From contig JBAZRI010000002.1 in the NCBI GenBank assembly GCA_041662965.1, positions 46,062 through 110,061 of the forward strand: DNA of 64,000 bases. The letters are read 5' to 3'. The DNA comes from Patescibacteria group bacterium (GTDB lineage: Bacteria; Patescibacteriota; Patescibacteriia; Patescibacteriales; GWC2-42-12). Positions 47,524 to 55,598 of the stretch are shown one piece after another. Numbering within the stretch: position 1 is the stretch's first letter; each line of letters opens with the position of its first letter. The notes under the pieces are model-generated. The model saw nothing but the letters and a program-made list of their open reading frames with translations. It made no database searches and was not told where the DNA came from. Position numbers and translations under genes: made by a program.

Positions 47524-48428
47524 TTTACCTCCTGTCCAGCTTTTTCTTCATTTAAACTATTACAATATTTTTGGATATCGCTACAAACTCGATCTTCTCC
47601 AAAGTTAATATTATTGCTTTCGCCAGGATATTTTTTTTCCTCTTCATCCCGTATATTTTGTACAATTTTTAAAACTCTACCATAACTATCGGCGATGGTT
47701 GTTTTACCTCTTTTTTTCGCATACTCGGCAAAATCATTCAATTGCATCTCAATCTGGCTGATAATTAAAAATTTTACGTGATGTTGGGCTAGGCTTCTTT
47801 TTTTATTATCTACCCACAACTTAATTATTTCATTTAAATTCTTCATATCAACGCCGATAATTACTCTAGGAACATTTTTCATTTCTCCACGATAAGTATC
47901 GGTTAAAAGGTATTGAATAACCCCAATATTCCCTTTATCTATCCGTTTTTTTATACTGTCCATTTTATCAATAATGCCTTTGCCAAAAGTTATATCTACG
48001 CCTAAAGCTAAATGGGAGGTTGATGATGTCTCGGTTTGCTCAAACTCGATTATTTCATCTATGCCATTTTTTAAATCATCATACCAAGAGGCTTTTTGAG
48101 CGGTAGCATGCTCCCCCAGCCAGCCGTTCATATCAATTTGATCATGAATTATGGCTTCAAAAACTATGGCATATTTTTGCGCTTCTATTTGCTCGGGCGT
48201 ATTATCAATTTTAAATTTTTGCTGTCTTTGCTCCACATAATCACCATGCTCTTTTATTATCCGACTTTTATATAAATCTCTAAATTCGTCCTGACTTATT
48301 CTTTCTTCGTTAAGTAATTCAACAGCTTTTTTATAAGCTATGTTCAAATTTATTTCATGTTCTTCGCTATCACTTCCTCTTTCTTGTTTATTAATTAATA
48401 TAGCTTCGGGTGAAAAATTTTTATTCAT
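47520..48428 (-). CDS. Hypothetical protein (possible PD-(D/E)xK-like fold)
   Basis: 302-aa ORF; ASWYDDLKNGID...LALGVDIT motif typical of CPR hypotheticals. Confidence 0.6.
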   Translation of the reverse strand: MNKNFSPEAILINKQERGSDSEEHEINLNIAYKKAVELLNEERISQDEFRDLYKSRIIKEHGDYVEQRQQKFKIDNTPEQIEAQKYAIVFEAIIHDQIDMNGWLGEHATAQKASWYDDLKNGIDEIIEFEQTETSSTSHLALGVDITFGKGIIDKMDSIKKRIDKGNIGVIQYLLTDTYRGEMKNVPRVIIGVDMKNLNEIIKLWVDNKKRSLAQHHVKFLIISQIEMQLNDFAEYAKKRGKTTIADSYGRVLKIVQNIRDEEEKKYPGESNNINFGEDRVCSDIQKYCNSLNEEKAGQEVN

Positions 48429-48876
48429 ATTTATGATTTTTAATAGATAACAACAATAAAATTACGCCAACCGTTATCATTATGTCAGCTAAATTAAACA
48501 CGGTAAAATATTTTAAATCCAAATAATCAATTACAAAGCCATATTTAAGCCTGTCAAATAAATTACTGCTGGCGCCGGCGATAATTAGAGATAACGCCAC
48601 GGCCTTAAAGATTTGCGCCTTTTTAAGGCAAGCCAAGCCGAATAATATTAAAATTACTATTATCAAGGCGATTAAAATCATCAGCGGCCAGCCGGCTAAA
48701 GGCAAGGAAAAAGCAATATAGTAATTATTTTTATAGCTAAATTTTAAAATTTCACCCAATAAATTAAATTCGCTCGCCTGATTGGCAAAAGAAAAAACCT
48801 TAAAAAATCTATCCAGTGCAATAAAAAAAATGACAGCCATGCTAATCGCTATCATTTTTTTAAAATCTTTAAGCAT
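48421..48876 (-). CDS. lspA: Lipoprotein signal peptidase
   Basis: N..IAFS, GASSNLFDRL, VIDY, VFNLAD; start ATG 48876. Confidence 0.9.
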   Translation of the reverse strand: MLKDFKKMIAISMAVIFFIALDRFFKVFSFANQASEFNLLGEILKFSYKNNYYIAFSLPLAGWPLMILIALIIVILILFGLACLKKAQIFKAVALSLIIAGASSNLFDRLKYGFVIDYLDLKYFTVFNLADIMITVGVILLLLSIKNHKYE

Positions 48877-48886
48877 AAGTCTCGCG

Positions 48887-49258
48887 CTAAGCCATTTTTT
48901 GCAGCTTGGTCTTGCAAGCAATGCAAGTATTGGCCACCGGCCTGGCCATAAGCCTTTTTTCGCCGATTTCTTTTTTGCAATATTTGCAGATGCCGTAAGT
49001 TCCTTTGGCAATTCTCACCAAAGCATTATCAACGTCGCGCAGAGCGCTCTCTAAAACTTTTTCCGTGGCCAAATTAGTGGTGTATTCGTCAATTTCTTGA
49101 ACGCTCTCATCGCTCTTGTCGCCATAATTAGGAAATTTAGCCTGGTGCTCGTCTTTGGTATGCTCGTCTTTTTTAGTAAAACTCTTTAGATCTTCGCCTA
49201 GCTGTTTTTTACTGGCCAATAATATTTTTTTTATTTTCTCTATAGCCTTTTTGTCCAT
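48887..49258 (-). CDS. TraR/DksA C4 zinc-finger protein
   Basis: GTYGICKYCKKEIGEKRLMARP...CIAC. Confidence 0.9.
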   Translation of the reverse strand: MDKKAIEKIKKILLASKKQLGEDLKSFTKKDEHTKDEHQAKFPNYGDKSDESVQEIDEYTTNLATEKVLESALRDVDNALVRIAKGTYGICKYCKKEIGEKRLMARPVANTCIACKTKLQKMA

Positions 49259-49389
49259 ATTTTTATAGTTATTGTAAAACTAAACTCAATAATCCGCTTT
49301 AAACTAAAAATTTATTCTTGATACCAAGAATAAATTATCACTTATAATATACGCTATAAACGGCTTTTTGGCAAGAGTTTCCCTAAATT

Positions 49390-49724
49390 TAAAAGCGGCC
49401 CGATGAAGGGCCCTTAATATATAAAATAAATAAATGGCCTAATCGAGCCGCATCCCCAAAGATTTATTCCTTCTCCATCCGATGGATAGATAAGAAAATC
49501 CCTAGTCTTCGAGGCTGAAGCATTCTCGTTCACTTGAAAAATGCAAATTTTTGCTGTCTTTTGGTAAATCTCCTTTATTTTTATTTAGTAAGAAGACCTA
49601 CCGTTATTTTGTTTTTGTTTTGTAAATTGCCATGTGAACTCTGGCATTTTAAGTCAGCAAAAAAGAAAAATTTTCCCAAAAATGTATTTTCGGAAGACTT
49701 TTCTATATATATTATTAATGACCT
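49390..49724 (-). ncRNA. Candidate structured ncRNA of unknown family
   Basis: Promoter TTGACT-17-TATACT (49759-49731), several long stems, complementary loops, terminator-like GGCCC/GGGCC-GCTTTT; no ORF of 60 aa or more on this strand. Confidence 0.55.
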
Positions 49725-49826
49725 AATATAAGTATAACACTAAAAATAAGATAAGTCAATAATCTAAGCTAAGATTACAATGCTTTAATATTAGCCAATT
49801 TATATTTTTTATTTTTATTAGCTATA

Positions 49827-49935
49827 ACTTAAGTCTACATTAATGTAGACTTAAGTCCGTTATTTATCCACATAGACCACTTGTTATCCACAATTTATCA
49901 AAACAACTTAAGTCCACAATTCTCTAGACTTAAGT
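49827..49935. promoter_or_regulatory. Two consensus DnaA boxes bracketed by two 30-bp palindromes
   Basis: TTATCCACA at 49864 and 49884; ACTTAAGTCYAC-N6-STAGACTTAAGT at 49827 and 49906. Confidence 0.6.
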
Positions 49936-49940
49936 ATTTG

Positions 49941-50012
49941 AGGCCTGAGTGGGAATTGAACCCACGCATAAGAGTTTTGCAGACTCTCGCCTTACCGCTT
50001 GGCTATCAGGCC
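49941..50012 (-). tRNA. tRNA-Cys(GCA)
   Basis: GGCCTGA/TCAGGCC-T, AGAGT-CTGCAAA-ACTCT. Confidence 0.95.
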
Positions 50013-50134
50013 TTAATGCTAAATTTTACTTTCAAATCTTAATTAAATATACCAAATAAAATACCTTAAAACAAGTATAATAAAACACCCTTTTAAGGTG
50101 TGATTCTAATAGACAACATATCTAAAATCTCTAA

Positions 50135-50695
50135 TTACTCTAAAACCTCTATTTTAGCCATTTTCACGCCAAACTTAACCGCGTCAGGTCTTTCTATCAT
50201 CCAAACATCAACTCTATTAGAAAACCGCTTATTCATCCTATCGCGCACGACGAAGACTCTATCGCCAAACAATTCCGGTATTTTAACCTTAGAGCCGAAA
50301 GGTAAAAAGTTAGCCGCGATCGTATCCTCAACCCCATAATCGCAAACATTAAAGCCATTGGCGGTTATACAAGGAGAATTGTCGGTTTGCCCGGCCTCTG
50401 AATTATAAGCGGTTATGGTAACATGACGAGAAAAATCAATATCAGCCCCTCTGCTTTCCGGTAATTTACCGTTAAATTCCATAATATTAACGGCTACATC
50501 TTGGTTAATTTCATTTTGGCTAGAAATAATGCCTTTTTCTTGGCTAATATCAATATCTTTTTCCATTTGGCTCGCCATTAACGGCGCCGGGAATAATAAA
50601 AACTCAAAAAATAAAATAGCAACTAAAACAATAACCACTTTTTTGGCTTGTTTTAGAGTAATTATTTTATTATGATTTTTCTTTAAAGCTTCCAT
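50135..50695 (-). CDS. 3D-domain peptidoglycan-associated protein
   Basis: TAYNSEAGQTD.SPCITA, LPFGSKV, VRDRM, VDVW. Confidence 0.88.
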   Translation of the reverse strand: MEALKKNHNKIITLKQAKKVVIVLVAILFFEFLLFPAPLMASQMEKDIDISQEKGIISSQNEINQDVAVNIMEFNGKLPESRGADIDFSRHVTITAYNSEAGQTDNSPCITANGFNVCDYGVEDTIAANFLPFGSKVKIPELFGDRVFVVRDRMNKRFSNRVDVWMIERPDAVKFGVKMAKIEVLE

Positions 50696-51011
50696 ATTGG
50701 CTAATTTTAGATATTTTACTACATAAAAATCCCTATCATTTCCTTTGGGGAATAATTAGATAGGGATTTTCTTGTCTTATATTATAATGGTATCATGGAT
50801 ACGATCCGAAGTCAACCTATCTGCCTAACAGGCAGACCTTGACTTTTATTTTATTTTATTGTATTATACAAAATCAGCTCATTAAAAATTTTCTCAAAAT
50901 TGTCCCGAAGAGAAAATTGTTTTTACTACATAGTCTTTATAGCCTTTTGCTTAGGATAATTTTAGAAAATAATATAAATCAACTTTTCCCTTAAAGGAGG
51001 ATACGATTATC

Positions 51012-51554
51012 ATGAAAACGAAAAAATCAATTTTGTTGGTATTATCCGCGATTATGTTAACGGTCACTATTGGTTGCTCCACCGTACAGCAGGTTGCAAT
51101 AAAGGGCGGGGACGAACAGAAAATCTATACGTCGAATCATCGAGGCATCGTCCCTGGCCCGGATAATGCCGTCAGCGCGGCGACGGCTTACTCAATCGTT
51201 GAAAAAACAAATGCCGAAGTTGGCCTTATCGCAAGCTACAGCCAAAACGGGATACAATCCAATCGGGAGGGCGAGGCATTAGGGTTTATTATCAACGACA
51301 AACACAAAACATGGGATCTGACTATCAAAACAAAAATTGGCGGGTTAACAATTTTCCAAACTAACGTACCTCCGGAGAAAAAACTTGAGCACAGGCTACG
51401 ATGGGGAGAATATGTTACGGTCTGGTCTGATGGCTACCAAAAATACACCAACACCCTAAAAGTTGCGCCTTACGCTGACGTGAGGACAAAAATTAAGAGG
51501 GAAAATAAAGAGGAAGAAGTAAGGGGTTATTGGATGACTCACTTACCGCAGTAG
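51012..51554 (+). CDS. Hypothetical lipoprotein
   Basis: Lipobox TIGC, strong SD AAAGGAGG. Confidence 0.7.
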   Translation: MKTKKSILLVLSAIMLTVTIGCSTVQQVAIKGGDEQKIYTSNHRGIVPGPDNAVSAATAYSIVEKTNAEVGLIASYSQNGIQSNREGEALGFIINDKHKTWDLTIKTKIGGLTIFQTNVPPEKKLEHRLRWGEYVTVWSDGYQKYTNTLKVAPYADVRTKIKRENKEEEVRGYWMTHLPQ

Positions 51555-51669
51555 GACGGTAAAAAATATAATCCTAAATAACGAAAAGGCGTTTATCAAT
51601 TTTCATCGATAAACGCCTTATTTTATTCTCACCAAATTAATATTTTATTAATACACTTACTTATATTTA

Positions 51670-52119
51670 TTACTCGCCTGTATTATTTACTGGATTTGAA
51701 GGTGCCCCGCCTCCACCGCCTCCCCCATCCGGCAAACTGCTAAACACGAAATAAGTTATGGAGTAAGCCGCGGTAATAATAATTAAGCCGATAACCGCGC
51801 GCGTTAAAGTATTTTTTGCCAGCGTTACCTTTTCTTCGTCGCCTTGCGCCGTCATCCAGTTATAGCCGGCATAAATTATCAAAACTAGAAAAATTATGCC
51901 TAATAAGCCTAAAAAAGCGCTAATCGCAATTCTAATCATTTGCGGCATAGTATTTACCGTAGCCTCTTCGCCGCCCCAACCTTTAGTACCTGCTTTATCC
52001 AACTGATCAAAAAGTTCTACTCCTGCCCTGGCCTGGCAGGACTGAATACTAAACAAACTATTTATCAAAAAAATAACAGATAAAACGCTAAAAATAAATT
52101 TAATATATTTTTTGGCCAT
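51670..52119 (-). CDS. VirB2/TrbC-like pilin (array gene 8)
   Basis: YAGYNWMTAQGDEEKV..AK. Confidence 0.85.
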   Translation of the reverse strand: MAKKYIKFIFSVLSVIFLINSLFSIQSCQARAGVELFDQLDKAGTKGWGGEEATVNTMPQMIRIAISAFLGLLGIIFLVLIIYAGYNWMTAQGDEEKVTLAKNTLTRAVIGLIIITAAYSITYFVFSSLPDGGGGGGGAPSNPVNNTGE

Positions 52120-52124
52120 ATTTA

Positions 52125-52511
52125 TTATAATATCCTGGCTGTAAATATTAGCTTAACTAGTACCCATGTGCTAATCGCATAGGCGGCAATAGTTATAATC
52201 AAACCGATAACCGCGCGCTGAAGCGTATCTTTAGCTTTATTAACCTTTTCCTCTTCGCCCTGCGCTGTCATCCAGTTAAAACCGGCATAAATTATCAAAA
52301 CTAAAAATATAACGCCTAATAAGCCTAAAAAAGCCTGAATAACTATGCCAACGATTTCCGCCAGCTTATATTGATCGGCAGCCGCATATGGCGCGGTGCC
52401 GCCTTCTTCTCCAACCTTTTTTAAACTATTATAAGCATCGCTAGAAGCTAGAACAAACGACGGAAAAATCAGCATCAGTAAAAATATTAAAATTACTATT
52501 TTTTTTGCCAT
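52125..52511 (-). CDS. VirB2/TrbC-like pilin (array gene 7)
   Basis: YAGFNWMTAQGEEEKV.KAK. Confidence 0.85.
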   Translation of the reverse strand: MAKKIVILIFLLMLIFPSFVLASSDAYNSLKKVGEEGGTAPYAAADQYKLAEIVGIVIQAFLGLLGVIFLVLIIYAGFNWMTAQGEEEKVNKAKDTLQRAVIGLIITIAAYAISTWVLVKLIFTARIL

Positions 52512-52539
52512 AAAATTAATTTTAGTTTATCTGCGATTT

Positions 52540-52992
52540 TTATTCGGGTTGTGGAGTAGGGGCAGGCGTAGTCTGCCCTGATCCGGCGCCTTTTAAAGTT
52601 CCGACTTCTATTCTAGCCATAACAAAAACGCTAATAGCGTAGGCCGCGACGATTATAATAACACCGACGATGGCCCGCTTTAGCGTGTCTTTAGCTTTTT
52701 CCACCTTTGCCTCTTCGCCCTGCGCCGTCATCCAATTATAGCCGGCGTAAAGCATATAAGTTAAAAGCACCACGCCGATAACGCTTAAAAAAGCGTTGAT
52801 GACGATTTGAATTAAAGATAATAAATCTCCGGAAGTATCATAACCGCCGTCAGATCCAGCGAATAGCGTTTTAGCATCTATATCATTTTTCGTTTCCTCT
52901 TTTAATAAACCAGCAAAACATAAATTACCAATCAAAAAAACAAAGAAAAATAATATTATTGCCAAATAAAATTTTTTACTTTTATAAATCAT
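52540..52992 (-). CDS. VirB2/TrbC-like pilin (array gene 6)
   Basis: YAGYNWMTAQGEEAKVEKAK; start ATG 52992. Confidence 0.85.
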   Translation of the reverse strand: MIYKSKKFYLAIILFFFVFLIGNLCFAGLLKEETKNDIDAKTLFAGSDGGYDTSGDLLSLIQIVINAFLSVIGVVLLTYMLYAGYNWMTAQGEEAKVEKAKDTLKRAIVGVIIIVAAYAISVFVMARIEVGTLKGAGSGQTTPAPTPQPE

Positions 52993-53008
52993 AATTAATC
53001 CAATTAAA

Positions 53009-53383
53009 TTAAAACAGTCTGTCAAAAATAAACCTCCAAATAGCGTAAGCGCCAACTACGATAATTATGCCGATTATAGCCCGATTTATAGTATCTTTAG
53101 CTTTAGAGACTTTCTCCTCTTCGCCGCGCGCCGTCATCCAGTTATAACCGGCGTAAATCATTAAAATCAAAAAAATTGAACCCACTAAAGCTAAGGCGGA
53201 ACTTATAATAGTTCCGATTGCCACAGATAAGCCAAATTCTCCTGCTACTTGATAAGGCCCTTTTGTTGCTCCAACCTCCTGCAATTTTCCTAGCGCGGCA
53301 TTTTCGGCTAAAACCAATTGCGGCAAAACAATAATAATTGCCAGCCAAACCAATAAAATAATTTTTGAATATTTTTTAATCAT
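53009..53383 (-). CDS. VirB2/TrbC-like pilin (array gene 5)
   Basis: YAGYNWMTARGEEEKVSKAK. Confidence 0.85.
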   Translation of the reverse strand: MIKKYSKIILLVWLAIIIVLPQLVLAENAALGKLQEVGATKGPYQVAGEFGLSVAIGTIISSALALVGSIFLILMIYAGYNWMTARGEEEKVSKAKDTINRAIIGIIIVVGAYAIWRFIFDRLF

Positions 53384-53464
53384 TATATTTATATTTCAAC
53401 TAATTACTCAATAAATATTTTTATAATACCAGCGTCCTGAAAATTTTCTAAAATAATTCGTGTG

Positions 53465-53920
53465 TCATTCTGAAAGAAGTTCCGGCCCCGACTCTTCTAA
53501 GGTGGCCGTGCCTAAAGCATTAATTACATACCAGCTAATGGCGTAAGCGGCTAGAACAACCACTAAGCCAATAATCGCATTCTGGATAATTTGCTTGGCT
53601 TTTTCCACCTCCTGCTCGTTGCCCCGCGCCAGCATCCAAATATAACCGCCGTAAATCGCCAAAATTAAAAATAATACTCCGATGAAGCTTAAGGCCGTTG
53701 TAATAACTAAAGAAATCATACTTTCGGCTGTTACGCTATCGCTAACATTATAACCTGCTCCATCTGGACCGGCCACTTCATCAAGCGTGCTGTTTTTACC
53801 AAAAGCATCATACAAATTATCAGTCTTGGCCTGGGAAAAAAGAGGCGCTAAAATAACAAACCATAGAATCAAAACCAAGGCTAAATTTTTTATAACTTTA
53901 AAATTTATGATTTTCTCCAT
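53465..53920 (-). CDS. VirB2/TrbC-like pilin (array gene 4)
   Basis: YGGYIWMLARGNEQEVEKAK. Confidence 0.85.
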   Translation of the reverse strand: MEKIINFKVIKNLALVLILWFVILAPLFSQAKTDNLYDAFGKNSTLDEVAGPDGAGYNVSDSVTAESMISLVITTALSFIGVLFLILAIYGGYIWMLARGNEQEVEKAKQIIQNAIIGLVVVLAAYAISWYVINALGTATLEESGPELLSE

Positions 53921-54327
53921 AAAATTACCATTAATTCTGTTATGGCGTAAGCGCCTAAAACTACGGCTAAACCGATTACCGCGTAAATTATAATATTTTT
54001 GGCTTTGGCGACTTCCTGTTCATTGCCCCGCGCCAGCATCCAGAGAAATCCCGCATATATCATTAAGCCCAAAAAAATTACGCCTAAAAAAGTTGTTGAA
54101 ATATTTAATATTTTACCGATCTTTTGCGGCAGAGATAAACTATTCGCCGGGTCCGCAGTATAACCGATTCCTGCGCCAGCCTCTGTTAAGCCTTTGTTGA
54201 ATGATGATGCTGCTGATATTTTTATAATGCCGGCGTTAAACAAAAAACCGTTTAATAAAACAACGCCGACTATAAAACATAATATTTTTTTCAACCCGTT
54301 AGAAATTCTGGTTTTATTAGCTTGCAT
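53905..54327 (-). CDS. VirB2/TrbC-like pilin (array gene 3); N-terminus derived from an inserted element
   Basis: YAGFLWMLARGNEQEVAKAK; MQANKTRISNG lies inside the element at 54294-54371. Confidence 0.85.
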   Translation of the reverse strand: MQANKTRISNGLKKILCFIVGVVLLNGFLFNAGIIKISAASSFNKGLTEAGAGIGYTADPANSLSLPQKIGKILNISTTFLGVIFLGLMIYAGFLWMLARGNEQEVAKAKNIIIYAVIGLAVVLGAYAITELMVILWRKS

Positions 54328-54371
54328 ATTTTTAAAATAACACTCATAAAATTTTATAATTTCTAACGGGT
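54294..54371. mobile_element. 78-bp MITE-like element (family H) with TTCA direct repeats
   Basis: 14-bp inverted ends ACCCGTTAGAAATT / AATTTCTAACGGGT; TTCA at 54290-54293 and 54372-54375. Confidence 0.75.
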
Positions 54372-54383
54372 TTCATAAAGATA

Positions 54384-54770
54384 TTATTTGCCTACAATCC
54401 CGCTAAGATAAGTAGTTATGGCATAAGCCATTAGAACTATGACCAAGCCGATAACCGCGGCGATTATAATATCTTTGGCTTTGCCGGCAGTCTGCTCGTT
54501 GCCCATGGAAAACATCCACATATAACCGCCGTAAATTATCAAAATGAAAAAGGCCACGCCTAAAAAAGATAAGGCCACGCCAACGATTTTGCCAATTGTT
54601 TCTGATAGAGTTGCGGTCTTTGTTATATTGTTGCCAAATCCACCTGTCGCGGTTTTATTTAAACCTGTGTCATCTTCAATAGCGGCCAACCCTACCTGCG
54701 CCACCATTAAAAATGATAAAACAAATAACAGGCTAATAAAGATAAATTTAAATTTTTTGGTCAAAAACAT
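54384..54770 (-). CDS. VirB2/TrbC-like pilin (array gene 2)
   Basis: YGGYMWMFSMGNEQTAGKAK. Confidence 0.85.
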   Translation of the reverse strand: MFLTKKFKFIFISLLFVLSFLMVAQVGLAAIEDDTGLNKTATGGFGNNITKTATLSETIGKIVGVALSFLGVAFFILIIYGGYMWMFSMGNEQTAGKAKDIIIAAVIGLVIVLMAYAITTYLSGIVGK

Positions 54771-54783
54771 ACACAAAAATTTC

Positions 54784-54888
54784 TGTCATTCCGGCCGTAG
54801 CCTGTCCTGTACTTGATACAGGATGCCGTAATCCAGAGTTCAGCGCAACGAACAAATTTCTGGATTGCTGGTCAAGCCCGCAATGACG
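54784..54888. repeat. Inverted pair of GTCAT REP-like elements with nested hairpin
   Basis: TGTCATTCCGGC...[TCCTGTACTTGATACAGGA]...AATCCAG / CTGGATTGC...GCAATGACG. Confidence 0.8.
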
Positions 54889-54991
54889 ATTTAATTATTC
54901 CACCGCTCTGCTCACGAGATCAAAATCATGTTCAGGGCAGTGGCCCGGGCTAAGCCCGGAACCACCTTTTTTAACACCGGTGTTAAAAATT

Positions 54992-55411
54992 TTATGTCGC
55001 GGTAGCGGCAGACAATTGATTCAAGACAAAAGTCGCGATGGAAAAAGCTCCAAGAATAATTACCAAGCCGATAATGCCGGCGGTGATTAACTTCTTGGCT
55101 TCGCCAACCTTATCTTCGTTGCCTCCGGCAGTCATCCATTTAAAGCCGCCTAAAAGAATAATAATAACAGCGACAATACCTAAAAAGCCTAAAATTACAT
55201 TGATAATGGAGGCGGCAATTTCGCGCGGATCTTTTACTCCTAAGCCGGTCGCGTCTGTTATAACCGCCGACCCAGCATCGTTACCGGTTCCCTCTCCCCA
55301 AACGTCAACGCCATCAACAGCTAAAGCCGGTAAAGAGAAGGCCATAACCGGAGTCAGCACCAACAAAGCCATGGCAAATACCACTGCTTTTTTCAATAAT
55401 ATTTTTTTCAT
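54992..55411 (-). CDS. VirB2/TrbC-like pilin (array gene 1, probable major subunit)
   Basis: GGFKWMTAGGNEDKVGEAKK; only array gene with a strong SD (GGGGAGGTG). Confidence 0.87.
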   Translation of the reverse strand: MKKILLKKAVVFAMALLVLTPVMAFSLPALAVDGVDVWGEGTGNDAGSAVITDATGLGVKDPREIAASIINVILGFLGIVAVIIILLGGFKWMTAGGNEDKVGEAKKLITAGIIGLVIILGAFSIATFVLNQLSAATAT

Positions 55412-55598
55412 TTTTCACCTCCCCTCAAGAAAACACGAATATGCGCGAATTCAACCCGCGATATTTGTGCCGTTTAAATAATTTAAGTTATTAACACTAA
55501 ATATATTTTACCATAAAACGCAAAAGCGAGCCAATAACTAATAACGCAAAAGCTATAAGTTGCGAGCTACGGCGAAAACTGTTATAATTTTCTATATT

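Noticed and set aside
48877-49011. N-terminal extension of lspA in the ORF track
   Set aside because: Overlaps dksA/traR in another frame; ATG 48876 gives a normal-length LspA.
49390-49724. RNase P RNA or SRP RNA
   Set aside because: Lacks the GAGGAAAGUCC and 3' ACAxAAxxCGGCUUA elements of RNase P and the SRP domain IV motif; kept as an unknown ncRNA candidate.
51670-55411. Diversity-generating retroelement or shufflon acting on the pilins
   Set aside because: No reverse transcriptase, no TR/VR pair with A-specific mismatches, no invertase, and all genes are co-oriented.
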